Below are positions 1-11,865 of a stretch of DNA of 64,000 nt, one piece after another. The notes under the pieces were generated by a model. The model saw only the letters and a program-made list of their open reading frames with translations. It searched no databases and had not been told where the DNA came from. The stretch comes from Sphyrna mokarran (lineage: Eukaryota), in the NCBI GenBank assembly GCA_024679065.1, contig JAGIQG010000011.1:69750001-69814000 (forward strand). Reading direction: 5' to 3'. Each line of letters starts with the position of its first letter. The stretch's first letter is position 1. The translations under genes and the position numbers were made by a program.

Positions 1-260
1 ACCTGCTCCATCATTCTGCTCCTGCCTAGTTGTAGTCCCAACAGTGGCCGCTGCTCATAGTGATGTTGCTGGGATTGAAGAATTGCTTCAAGTTGTAGGA
101 GGCGGGGGAAGGAGAGGCGTGACATAGTGGATCTTCATCCCTCAACGGGAACTCTGGCATCAGACAGGTCATTGCCCATTGTGTCTTAAATTGTCTTGGG
201 GTTAGACAGAAATATTTGTTTGATCACCTGCTCAAATTTGCAATCTGTGTTCTGAGAGTG

Positions 261-618
261 AAAAGGAAGGCTTGGTATTTATATAGCAACTTTCACAATG
301 TTTCAAAGCACTCTACAGCCAATAAAACCCTTTTGATAAGGGCAAAATACTATGAATGCTGGAATCTGCAAAATATTTTGAAAGTACAGTCACTGCAGTT
401 ATGTTGGAAGCACAGCATCCAAGTTGAATACGGCAAAATCTCACAAAGTGATAATGAACAGAAAATCTGTTTTATATGAGAATTAAAGGAGAAAACTAAG
501 ACAGCAAGACTAACTCCATTGTTCTTATTCAAAAGTCAATGGATATTTTACCTGAGCAGGTGGAGGGCAACTGAGTTTAATGCCTCATCTGAAAAACAGT
601 GCATTCCAGTGTGTAGCA
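261..618 (-). mobile_element. Old Deu-domain SINE remnant (SacSINE1-like)
   Basis: The plus strand reads ttggtatttatatagcaactttcac...caaagcactctacagccaat...ttttga...aagtacagtcactg...gaaaatctgtttt...gtttaatgcctcatctgaaa. This is collinear with my recollection of the reverse complement of the shark DeuSINE consensus. Heavily diverged. Confidence 0.6.
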
Positions 619-1171
619 CAGTGACAGGCAACCTAGGCTAGTGAGTGGGCCACATGAGAGTTCCCCTTTCATCTCACTCCATGGCTAGATTGAATCAGGT
701 TTGTTCACTAACCACAACCATATGAATAAGGTTAAATATATTTAATACATGCAAAAATTTTCATAACAAGTTTTGGAAAATGTATAATCACTGACAGTTC
801 AATTGTTATCCACTTCAAATGGTAAAAAAATAAACGTTTACAGTTTGGAGGCAGAGGGAATGCACAGCTCTCACAGTCAATACTCTATGCAATCAGCATG
901 CTCCTCATTTCACTTGCCCTTATTTTAATTCATAATCTCTTCAGTCATACGGGTAGAATAAAAATGATGCAGATGGAAATAAGCCGAATGTGGCAAAATG
1001 TCTCATGAGTCGCACTCAGAATGCAGATGGGCCGTCAGTGACCTCCAGACTGCAGATTGCTCTTCACTTGTGCAACACCTTTCATGGTACTGCTTGAAAC
1101 CTTGTGTGTCATGTCGCAAATTATTATTTTTTTTCCCCGTTTGACCTATGCCTTCCAAACAATTAAACACA

Positions 1172-1330
1172 GTTAGGTTGATTGGCCATGCTAGATTGAC
1201 CCGATTGTCAGAGGATTAGCAGGGTAAATATGTGAGGTTACAGAGAAAGGCCCTGGGTGTGATTGTGGTTAGTGCAGATTTGATGAGTCGAATGGCCTCC
1301 TCCTGAAACGTAGAATTTCTATGACTCTAT
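1172..1330 (+). mobile_element. HE1-type SINE, 3' half
   Basis: gttaggttgattggccatgctagattgacc...ggattagcagggtaaatatgtg...aatggcctcctcctg...tttctatgactctat; matches the other HE1 copies in the window. Confidence 0.85.
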
Positions 1331-1982
1331 ATTAAGAGTTTTCTCATGCCTTCTAAATTAACAATTTACAATGCATTGTCTTGGTTATGCAAAACCACAA
1401 GTGGGACCTTCAGATAAGAAGTCATTGTATGAATTTTTCTTTGACTCCCACTGGCAATTAAAAAAAACAATAAAAGTTAAACTAGTCCAAGTAATATTTA
1501 TTATTCAACTCTAAGTGATTACCTTTCTATTACTTGACTTCTGTCTCTCTCCATACATGTGAAAACAATAATATAAAATCAACAAATCGTTAAAGTTTTC
1601 AGCATTATTAATGACAGTTAACATAGCAGCCAGGCTGTCATTTATTCATAACACTTGTCATCTTGAATAATCAGATGTTCATCTGTTTTATTGTAAGAGT
1701 GACAATTCGTATGGTAAAAAGGGGACCAAGATTTGGGATTACTATAGAGGAAATTTTGAGGAAAAACAGTCCCAAAGCAGATTATTAGGTGCATGTTAAA
1801 TAATTTAAAATGGAATTGGTTAAATACTTGAAGAGAAAGAATATGAAATCATGGAGGGAGAGGTTAGGGAAATTGAGTTTGAGAGGATAGTTTCCAATCA
1901 AATAGTACGGTACAAGATTAAATAAGACCTAAAGTTAATGATGATTTGATCCATGTATCTACCTGTGTGGAATTCTTGTTTT

Positions 1983-2255
1983 CCTACAATGCAGAAGGAG
2001 GTGATTCGACCCATTGAGCCTGCACCAACAACGATCCCACCTAGGCCCTATACCCAGAACCCCACAAGTTTACCCTGCTAATCCCCCTGACACAGGATGA
2101 ATTTAGCATAGCTAATCCACCTAACCCACACATCTTTGAACTGTGAGAGAAAACCGGAGCACCAGGAGGAAATTCACGCAGACACAGGGACAACATGCAG
2201 ACTCCAGGCAGACAGTGACCCAAGCCGGGATTTGAATCCAGGTCCCTGGCACTGT
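1983..2255 (-). mobile_element. HE1-type SINE lacking its 5'-most part
   Basis: Reverse complement shows the B-box region (ggattcaaatccc), V-core (gtgtctgcgtgaatttcctcctggtgctccggt) and CR1-type tail (ctccttctgcattgtagg). Confidence 0.9.
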
Positions 2256-2640
2256 ATTCATGTTAACATTATAAATGTTAACATGCTCAAAAAACTAGTC
2301 ATAATAGTCTAAGTGAGTTTACCACAACACAGTATGCTCAGCAAGGAGAAATATTAACAAGAAACACATCACAAAAGTCATATGTAAACAATCTGCAATG
2401 TTCTATCAGTAATGGACTGAAAATTGTGGATGGAACAACAATCATTTCCCCAAGATTCACCAGTTATGCACAATTTATCAACTGAATCTCAGATTTATAT
2501 CTTAAATATATTCTCATCAAAGGATTCACAAAGCCTTAAATCATTCCAACTTTTTTAACCAGACATTTTTGACACTTTCTCGAGGACTTCGCATCGCTCT
2601 CGAATTACCTGGTCATTTTCAATTAATGTTGAATAATAGT

Positions 2641-2855
2641 ATATTGTTGGAGGCCAATGTACTCAGTCCCAGAACATTACAGCAGGAGTTCCTCAGGCCA
2701 ACTATCTTCAATTGCTTCATCAGTGAGATTCCTTCCATCACAAGTTCAGAAGTGAGAATGTTTACTGAGAATTACATAATGTTCAGTTCCATTCGCAACT
2801 CTGGATAATGATGCAATCTGTGCCTGCATACTGAAAACTGGATAGCATTCAGACT
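2641..2855 (+). mobile_element. CR1-group LINE reverse transcriptase fragment (family sharing its tail with SINE family B)
   Basis: Decayed coding: gcaggagttcctcag (AGVPQ), then PTIFNCFISEIPSITSSEVRMFTENYIMFSSIRNS. This corresponds to RT motifs GVPQGS..PTIFSCFINDLPS..MFADD with deletions. Confidence 0.75.
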
Positions 2856-4410
2856 ATCATTTGAATTGGCACATTATAGCCCTCAAGGATCAACATTGAG
2901 TTCAACAACTTTAGACTCTGATCTTTCTCCTCTATCTTAATCCTTATCTTATACTCCATACATTATTGTCTCAACTCCTTTTCCCTCCCTTCCACCTGGT
3001 CATTCATCACTTGTTCTTAGATTGCTGCACTTTTGTTGCAATCTCTTGCAGCTGCAGTAGAATATCTAACAAATCTTCCCTCTTTCTCAGTTCTGATGAA
3101 GAACCAAGCAGACTCAAAATGTTAACGTTGGGTGCAATTTTACCACCTTGTCGCACCCAGCGATCAGCAAATAATGACAGGAAGCCCATTGTATAAAGTA
3201 TAAATGTACATTGTGAAGTAATATACAGTGGAAAATAAAAAAAAACTAGCCTGAAATCAAGCTAATATCCTTGTCAAGTACCCAGATAGACAATTGACTT
3301 GACGTAATGAAGTATATTTAAAGCTCCTTTAAAGAAAAGGGAGACTTAAAAATCATCTTGACATTTGTTCTCCAGACAGCATTCAAAATGAGACACAGCT
3401 CAGTACTTATTTCACATAAGAATGAGATAAGTCTCTTATGACTTCATCAATCATGAATTGTTAGGTTCTCTTTATTCATAAAATCAATTGTGTATTGCAC
3501 TATTCTCCGTTAAATATCCACAACAGACACTTATTTCCATCTGCTATTGTTGCAATTCTTTTTCCAGTAAGTCTGCATTAGATTTGAAACCCTTGTCACT
3601 GGTGTTGCTCTTTGGGCATTGAACATCTCAGAAGCCTTTGTTAATTCAGCACATGCATGACCTTAAAATGTATGTTGATCATCATCCACCACAGGTTTGA
3701 TCTGCCTTGAAGTGTAATAGATGCAGTGGGATTCAACTCTTATCGCTCAATCAGAAAACATTAATCATTTAGGATATAAAATGAATATCTCTGCAGAGTT
3801 AATGGATCATAAAAGCTTTTTGTAATGATTAGATAATAATGGTAGTTGAAGTTAGTTTAATTTCAACATTTTGCATTGGGTATAACTACCCATTCTACTG
3901 GATTAATGTATATTGCTGATTACAAAGAAATTTCTCGAGCTTCATGTCCTTCAGGCTGTTAGATTAAATTAAAAGTGAAATGCAAACTGTACAGCTATCA
4001 AATCCAGTTCTATAAAACTTCACTCAAGAATTTCATAAACACAGGAAAGCAAATAAATAGATGCAGATACATTTTCACAGGACAAAAGAAATTCAGATTT
4101 GAGTCAAGTTCTGAGAGCTGAATTTGGAATGCTGATATGTGAGAAATATTATCAAGTGTTCAAAATGTCCAATGTTGATAAACATATCTCATGCTTGGCA
4201 ATGACTTGGTGATATCACCAGGATGGAAGGAACTATATAACCACCTGTTGAAAATCAACTAAAATAAATATATTTTTGTTTGTCTACAATGGCTTTGTAA
4301 TGATATAAAACCTCACAACCAGCAGTTGTCCCTACATGTCTGCAATGCAAATATTTTCACATAGGTCAAAAAAGAATGCTGCCATTATGTAATCTCCCTT
4401 TGAGTAACAT

Positions 4411-4705
4411 GGGTAGCATGCTGCGACAATGGCTAGCACTACTGCTTCACATTGTCAGGGACCTGAGTTTGATTCCTTGCTTGAGTCACTAACTGTGTGG
4501 AGTCTGCATGTTCTCCCCATGGCTGTGTGGATTTCCTAAGGGGCTCCAGTTTCCTCCCACAATCCACGATATTACCATTTGCCAATGCTAAATTTGTCTC
4601 TGGTGGAATTTGAACAGGTGCTAGAGTATGGCGACTAGGGGATTTTCACAAAAACTTCATTGCACTTTTAATGTAGGCCTACTTGTGATAATAATAGCAA
4701 ATTAT
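4411..4705 (+). mobile_element. V-SINE with HE1-like head and alternative tail
   Basis: tRNA-like head and V-core, then the tail ggcgactaggggattttcaca...cttcattgca...taatgtaggcctacttgtgataataa. The same tail occurs at 20705-21008 and 49930-50075. Confidence 0.85.
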
Positions 4706-4711
4706 AAAAAA

Positions 4712-4966
4712 AGTTTGCATGTTCCCTAGGTGTCTGCATGGGTTTCCTCTGAGTGCTGTGGTTTCCTTGCAGAGTCCAAAAGACATGCGGGTTAGGTTGA
4801 TTGGCCAGGCTAACTTGTCCATTAGTGTCTCAAAATGTGTAGATTAGCGGAATTAGCGGGTTAAATACGTGTCGTTTCAGGGACAGAGCCAGGGTCTATC
4901 ATGGATGCAGTACAGATTTAATGGGCTGAATGGCTCTTTCTGCATTGTAGAGATTTTATGATTCTA
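4712..4966 (+). mobile_element. HE1-type SINE, 5'-truncated, abutting the previous SINE
   Basis: gtttgcatgttcc...gtgtctgcatgggtttcc...gttaggttgattggcc...atgggctgaatggctctttctgcattgtagagattttatgattcta. Confidence 0.85.
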
Positions 4967-5429
4967 ACATTCTATTCTTCATAAGGGCTTTGAAAGTTTC
5001 TACGTACTTCATAGGACCCAATATTTCTCCTTTGGTAGGAAAAAAAATCTTTCTTTTGAGACCATCTTTCACTTCAACATCATAATGATGAAAAGCTGTC
5101 AAGGCTAAATTCCAGGTACTTGAATACATTCAATCTCATTCCATCTTCACTATCTGTGCTGATGGGAATATTCTTAAAGTTACTTTTTGTATTATTTCAC
5201 CAACTCAAAAAAAAATTAGCATGAATCTGCCGGTCAGGGTCAGGACCCCTATTTCTGATTGTGATCAAACAAAACAATCCATCACATTCCACCGATTGTC
5301 CTAGCCCTTCTTGCATTGGAAGATCATGCAGAATTCAATCGGTGCAGGAAACCGTGGAAACTATTAGCAATAGTTTCGCACAGAAGTCACCCTTGTAAAT
5401 AGCATACGCTGCCATGTTCTGAGAACTTT

Positions 5430-5790
5430 TTGTTATTCATTCGTAAGGCATGGGCATCACTTGCTGGTTGCCCAAGGGCAGTTGAGAATCAACCACATTG
5501 TTGTGGCTCTGGAGTCACATGTAAACCAGATCAGATAAGGGTGGCACATTTCCTTCCTTAAAGAAGTGTTAACGAACCAGATGAGTTTTTCTGACAATTG
5601 ACAATGGTTTCATCATCAACAATAGATTCTTAATTCCAGATTTTTAAAAAAAATTGAATTCAAATTCCACTATCTGCTGTGGTGGGATTCAAACTCAGGT
5701 CCCCAGAACATTAGCTGTGCTTCTGGATTTACAGTCTAGTGATATTATCTAGTGATAGCCTATATCTAGTGATATAGGCTATCAACTCCC
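5430..5790 (-). mobile_element. tRNA-headed SINE, family B (unnamed here)
   Basis: Shares gttgagaatcaaccacattg...ggagtcacatgta...ttccttcc...aatggtttcat...ttaattccaga...gaattcaaattccac...gggattcaaac with the copies at 10095, 11512, 30065 and 30865. Confidence 0.85.
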
Positions 5791-5960
5791 ATTCAATAAG
5801 CGTTTAAATGTCCTAAAGCTCCTCAGGCTGAGAATGAGCACATGAGTGTGTGGGTGAAGGCACAGGTGTATAGGATGGGTGTGGTAAGTGGGTTCAAACC
5901 TGGTTTAATGAGGATTATTATTATATCACATGACAAAAATTATTCTTAGTAACTTCTTGA

Positions 5961-6308
5961 ATCATCATGCAAACCAGCCTCCCTTTCATCGACTCTGTCT
6001 ATATTCCCACTGTCTCGGAAAAACAGCCAGCTCTAGACATACTCTCTTCCATTTTCTTCTATCAGGAGAAGATACAAAAGCCTGAGGTCATCTACCAATC
6101 AACTTAAGAACAACTTCTTTCCTGCTGCCATCAGGCTTTTAAATGGATCTACCTTGCACTTTCTCTACACCATAGCTATGGCTGTAACACTACATTCTGC
6201 ACTTTTTCATTTCCTCCTCAATGGATGCTTTGTCTGTGTAGCATGCAATAAACAATATTTTTCACTATGTACTAATACCTGTGACAATAATAAATCAAAT
6301 CAAATTAA
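5961..6308 (+). mobile_element. Rex1/Babar LINE 3' end
   Basis: Collinear with 14395-14790, the 3' end of the RT-bearing copy; ends in gtgacaataataaatcaaatcaaat. Confidence 0.8.
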
Positions 6309-7261
6309 AAAAGTCTTATGTAATTACAACATTATCATGTAAAAACAATCAGAAGTCTCCATCACTGAACAAAGATTTCACGTTTGGTTGGAAGAAAAAA
6401 AGAGAATAATTTCTATTTCCTATCCACAAAAAAGTAGCTCAAATATGAGCTGACCGATTAACACTTCATCTTTTGAAATTGAAGTAATCAAATTAAATCA
6501 GATAAATTGAGCTGCTCAAAACAATCAAGTCACAAATGTCAAAGGACATGAAGGGTATTTCCACTAGGTGGCTCAGGCTGAGGGATTGCAGCCCTAAAGG
6601 ATTGGGCTTGTGTCTAATGTAAAATTCTACCTGAGTGGTGGTGAACTCGGACAGGAGTCCACCTCAAGACAATGAGTGAAGTCTGCTCCGAGCATGATGG
6701 TTTGAGTTCATGAATGGCATCAGTCACAAGCTGAATGGTCACTATCGTGCAATAAGCCAATATGTGGGGCATCATTCTGCCCAAATTATTGTTCCATTAA
6801 ATCTTTAGAAAATTGGCAGAAAGTGTAATTGACAGTGCCACATAATGGCATTTTCCCACGGATTACCTGCTCACCAATGTTCTGTTTGCACTCCATCAGA
6901 CCATTTGGCCCCACATTTCCCTACAATTTTGGTCCAAGCATAAATCAAAAAGATTTGGTGTGTCCATGAAAACATCTTCACTCTCCACATCTCAAGGAAA
7001 TGTTACTGAATTGTATTTCTTGAAGAATTGACTTGCAGTCAAGATCATGAATATGCTGAGGTCTGGACCTCAATATAGCCTTGGTCCAAACATGACCAAA
7101 ATTGTTGAATTCCATTGGTGAGATGAGAGTTACCTTTGACATGAAGTTAGCATTTGACTATCAGGGAAAGTCTCCACAGATTGGAGTTTGATTGTTGGAA
7201 AGGAATTACCATCATCCCCAGGACTTGTAAGGACAACTGTGGCAGTTGCATGGGAACACCT

Positions 7262-7400
7262 GTAAGTTCCCCTCCATGTTATAAAACATCCTGACTTAGA
7301 AATATATTGCCATTCCTTCATCCTTATTGGATCAAAATCTTGGAAGTTCTGAACAGCACTGTGTGAGTACCTTTGCCATACAGATTGCAGAAGACAGCTA
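7262..7400 (+). mobile_element. CR1-group LINE 3' fragment
   Basis: cctgacttagaaatatattgccattccttc...ggatcaaaatcttggaa...aacagcactgtgtgagtacc matches the reverse complement of about 9440-9550. Confidence 0.55.
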
Positions 7401-9349
7401 TGTATATGATCCAATGCTATAAATACTGTCCTTTTACTTAATGCTTATGAAGTAATGCTTTAGTTGGTAATTGTGTAATTATTTTTTCCTCCTGCCAAAT
7501 GTGAATTCTTTGTTCAGTGATCAAGGCTTTTGATTCTTTTTAATGACGTTATATTTACCTAAGATATATTTATAATTGAACTTAATCTAATAATGGTGTA
7601 AAATATGATTCAAGAAGTAAATAAGAATATTACTTGCCAGTTGGTATGTTAATAATCTATGTAAGCAATACATTTGGTGTATGCGTAAGTTAATTGTATT
7701 TTCTTCTGTTCATGAGATGAAAGTCTAAACTAAACATTAGCATTATGAATTTGAATTATAAACACTTTTAATCAATTCCCTGAAACCACCACCAACATTT
7801 ACTCTTTTATTGCCTTTTCTCTTGATAATCTTGTCTCTTGTTCAAATGCAGTTTCACAGATATTGTTCATTCTTCAGTAACTTTACTCATGTATGCATTC
7901 TTCATAGACAGGGAAAAGTAATGTACCATGGCATTAGTACATTGCATCAATGAGGACAACCAGAGCCAAGTCCAATTCTACAATTCTGTCCATCCTTGAT
8001 GCAATTAGAATCTCATATTGACAGTAGTGTCCTAGGATATCAACCCAGTGCGGCAACGCGACTGCTGTTTGCTTTCACTATTGGATAGGGGGAATTGTTC
8101 AATTAGCTGGTCAATTGTGATTAACTTATAGTTCAGACAATAATCCAGTCAGGAAAGTCTTGGTCCAAGTGCTTTAGGGTAGTCATATGGTACATTCAGT
8201 CAAAAGCCATTGGTAGGATTGGCAATGCCATTTGACATTCTTCACTTTTCACATCAATTAAATAGAGATAAGAAAGGGTATTAAATTGCAATTTACTAGT
8301 GAAAAACAATGCAAGAAGATTATCAGATTGTGTAGTCTGGTTGCATTAATGTTTTAGTGTTGTCTTGTTTCACAAACTAAAAAAAAAATGTGAAGAGGCC
8401 AATTTTCAGGCACTCTGGAATTTTGATCCTATTTTTCATGAGAGCTTCACATATCCTTACAACAGTTAGTAAAGCAGTGCATGAAACTTGCTGTTGCCCA
8501 GTCTCGGATAAGATAACGTCCACATTCTTTTAAGTGTACTAGAGCCTGTAGCTGCATTTAGTTGTATTCAAGCTGGCATGGAAAATCTGTTGCAGTTTTT
8601 TTTAATTTTCTGTCTGGTCTTCATTTGTGGAACTCCAGATAATACATGAAATATTTTGATTAGAGCCATTTGCATCCGAGATTAATGCGACTAAGGGGCT
8701 GCTGAGTCATATTTCATTGGGAAGGGATAATTCAGTGTCTAAAAAGAAAGGTAGCTTCACATTGGTTTTCCGTTCCAACAGTATGGGTATCAAAGGGAGA
8801 GCACGGCGCATCTTTCAGTCAATCTGCCTTGACCAGCATTATTCCTGTATATTCTGCTTTTTCTCTGAACATATCAGCAGACAAGATCCCCTTTACTGAA
8901 AACCTAATGCCAGTTAAAGGATCTGGTGGGATGAAAATACAAAAAACAAATGTCTGATCAGCACAGTGACCCAAGAAAGGAGTCAGAGACAAAATATCTA
9001 ATTTGCGTCCAATGCAATCGGAATGTTATCTTCTCGGTCCCATTTTATCAGCGAGAACAGCTTCACACCCTTTCTGGCCATGAAGCTCATTAACATAAGA
9101 TTGCCTGAACCTCCATGAAATTAACAGATCTGGCATGGTTGCTTCCACCCTCCCGGATGCTTCCCACCTTCCTTTACAAGCATGGTGAGCTGGTAAAATT
9201 GCACCCTTAGAAATTTTTGAGGATAACTTCACCCACTGAAAGCTCCTTGGGGTTTGCAATATTAAAAAATATACAAAGGAGGGATCCAAAAAACACTATT
9301 AGATACTTACCTTTAAAATATCCTACCTGAAGGTTTGACTAGGTGCTCT

Positions 9350-10091
9350 TCCCCCAGATATAAGTGCCACTGACTAGGCCAAAATTTATAGCCCATGCCT
9401 AATTGTCCTTGAAAAGGTGATGGTCAGGCACCTTTTTGAATCGTTGTAGTCCATGTCATGCAGGTGCATCACAGTGCTGTTAGGGAGGGTATTCCAAGAT
9501 TTTGACCAAGCGAGAATGCGGGAATTATGATTATAATTCCAAATAAGGATAATACATGGCTTAGAGGGAAGTTACAGGTGGTGATGTCCCCCTGCATATA
9601 CTACCCTTCTTTTTCGAGGTAGTTGAGGTCATGGGTTTGGAAGATGCAGTTGAAAGAGCCTTGGAGAATTTCCGCAATGCATCTTGCAATTCACGCATAC
9701 TGTTATCATTGTGTACTGGTGATGGATGCAGTGAATACTTAAGATGGTAGATGGGATACGAGACAAGTGGGGTGTCTTGTCCTGAGTGTTGTAAGCTTCT
9801 TGTATCTTGTACTCATCCTGGCAAGTGAAGAATATTTTATCACAGTTCTCACTTGAACCTTATAGACGCTAGGGGAGTCAGGTGATGAGGTAAACAACAT
9901 GGAATTCCCAATCTTAGTCCTGTTCTTATAGCCACAGTATTTATGTGGTCAATTTAGTTCAATTTTTGGTCAATAGTAACTCCCAGGATGTTGAAACAGC
10001 TATGACAATGTCATCAAATGTCAAGTGGAGGTGGTTAGATTACATCTTGTTGGAGATGATCATTGCTGGGCACTTATATAGCATGAATACT
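9350..10091 (-). mobile_element. CR1-group LINE, 3' ~740 bp
   Basis: The tail (ggccaaaatttatagcccatgcctaattgtccttgaaaaggtgatggt) is the reverse complement of 10745-10815; it continues into decayed ORF2 C-terminal sequence. Confidence 0.75.
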
Positions 10092-10094
10092 TTG

Positions 10095-10425
10095 ATTTTT
10101 TTAAATTTGCTCATGGGATGTGGGCAGTGCTGGCTGGGCCAACATGGATATCTAAGAGTTAACCACATTGGTGTGGTTCTGGAGTCACATGTAGGCCAGA
10201 CCAGCAGATTTTCTTCGCTAAAGGGACATTAGAGAACCACATGGGATTTAATAACAATTGACAATGGTTTTATGGTCATTATTGGACATTTAATTCCAGA
10301 TTTTTGTTATTGAATTCAAATTTCACCATCTGCCATGATAGAATTGGAACCCGGGTTCCCAAAATATTACCCTGGGTTTCTGGATTACTAATTCAACAAC
10401 AATACTGAAATGCCACTGCCTTCCC
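10095..10425 (-). mobile_element. SINE family B
   Basis: catgggatgtgggcagtgctggctgggcc...gagttaaccacattg...ggagtcacatgtaggccagacc...gaacccgggttccc...gccactgccttccc. Confidence 0.85.
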
Positions 10426-10717
10426 TGATGCTCAGAATATCAGAAAATGGAACAGTCCCTTCCTTTTGCCTTTTCAGTAATATGATGAAGTTCCTGCCTG
10501 CTTTGGACAGAAAAGTAAAAAATTGTTTCTGATCACATAATGGAGTGAGCAAGCAAGTTAGGTGGCAATCAGGCAGAATCAATTTCTAACCAATTTTGTG
10601 GTTTACTAACCCAGTTTTCATACCGGGAATTTGCTCAGCACTTTACATTTAATCATTGCTATTGCTGGCAGATAATGAATCTTCAATTTGTTCATTTTAT
10701 TTCCTACGTGGGTGCTC

Positions 10718-10838
10718 CTATACCACACAGACTGCAACGGTTCAAGAAGACGGTTCATCACCACCTCCTGAAGGACAATTAGGGCTGAGCAATAAATCCT
10801 GGCATGGCCAATGACACCCATATCCTGTGAAAGAATTA
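10718..10838 (+). mobile_element. CR1-group LINE terminal fragment
   Basis: gactgcaacggttcaagaagacggttcatcaccacctcctgaaggacaattagggctgagcaataaatcctggc...cccatatcctgtgaaagaatt. Confidence 0.7.
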
Positions 10839-11511
10839 ATCTTGAAAAATTGTTGCTGCTAGGAAGAACTAGTATAGAGTACATATACTAACATACAAAG
10901 TAGTTCACTGTGTCTTTCAAGCTTCGAGTTAGCATTTCAAAAGTAGCAAAAATTGTAACTTATGATTGGAAATGTATTTATGTGGAAACAGTAGAACAAT
11001 GGAAATATTCCAATACTTCAGAGAATAAATAAAGTTTTATGTGACATTGAACTATATTGATTAGGAAAGCTACAATTCAATTCATGGTCTGTATTTAATT
11101 GGCAATTTTGGCTGTTGCTCAGTTGAACAACCTATTAACATTCACAGTTCTGCCTCAAACAGGAAAAAAAGGAGTGATTATTGATGGTGCCTTCAGATGC
11201 CAAAGAGCTTTCAAATTGGCCAATATAGGAACTTAAGCTTAAACACTGATTTAGCCGAGGTTGAGCACAAGAAGGCATCTTGGTCATGCAGTTTAAGCAC
11301 CTGTTAGGAACCAGGCAAAGAATTATTAAGAGGCTGATTGGCATTTAAATTCCTTGTTGTCTTTTCAATAGCAGGCCTGTACAGCATTGTGGTGGATGGG
11401 TGCTTGGCCTAACAACCCCTCTGAACAACAAATGAGTGATTAGAAATAAGCAAAATGCTGCTGAGAATTTCAAGGACATCTTAAATGTATATTCCCTTTC
11501 AACGATCACTT

Positions 11512-11865
11512 ATTTTCTTATTCTTTCATGGGAGATCGGTATTGCTGGCTGGCCAGCATTTATTACCCATCCCTTGTTGCCCTTGGAGGGCAGTTGAGAG
11601 TTAACCACATTGCTGTGGTTCTAGAGTCACAAGTAGGCCAGACCAGGTAAGGGTAGCAGATTTCCTTCCCTAGAGGACGTTAGTGAAACAGATGGGTTTT
11701 TCCAATAATTGAAAATGGTTTCATGGTTATCAGTAGATTCTTAATTCCAGATATTCTTTATTGAATTCAAGTTCCACCACCAGCCATGGCTAGGTTTGAA
11801 CCCAGATCCTCAGAATATTAGCTGAGTTTCTGGATTAATATTCTAGTGATAATACCACAAGGCCA
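11512..11865 (-). mobile_element. SINE family B, near full length
   Basis: The most complete minus-strand copy; tail ggccagcatttattacccatccc and head gtgataataccacaaggcca. Confidence 0.9.

Noticed and set aside
1-180. Minus-strand open frame ending in CAG/gt at the window edge
   Set aside because: It is truncated by the window and the peptide is unrecognised. It could equally be the 5' part of a transposon gene, so it cannot be supported.
3030-3051. Match cttttgttgcaatctc(t/c)tgcag with 23911-23932 (LQEIATK in two ORFs)
   Set aside because: Only ~22 bp, within decayed repeats, with no extension on either side. Treated as coincidence or shared old repeat ancestry.
3130-9206. Exact 16-bp inverted match gggtgcaattttacca / tggtaaaattgcaccc as TIRs of a 6-kb element
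   Set aside because: The flanks (gtt versus tta) give no matching TSD and the interior is ordinary mixed sequence. Two independent MITE ends are more likely.
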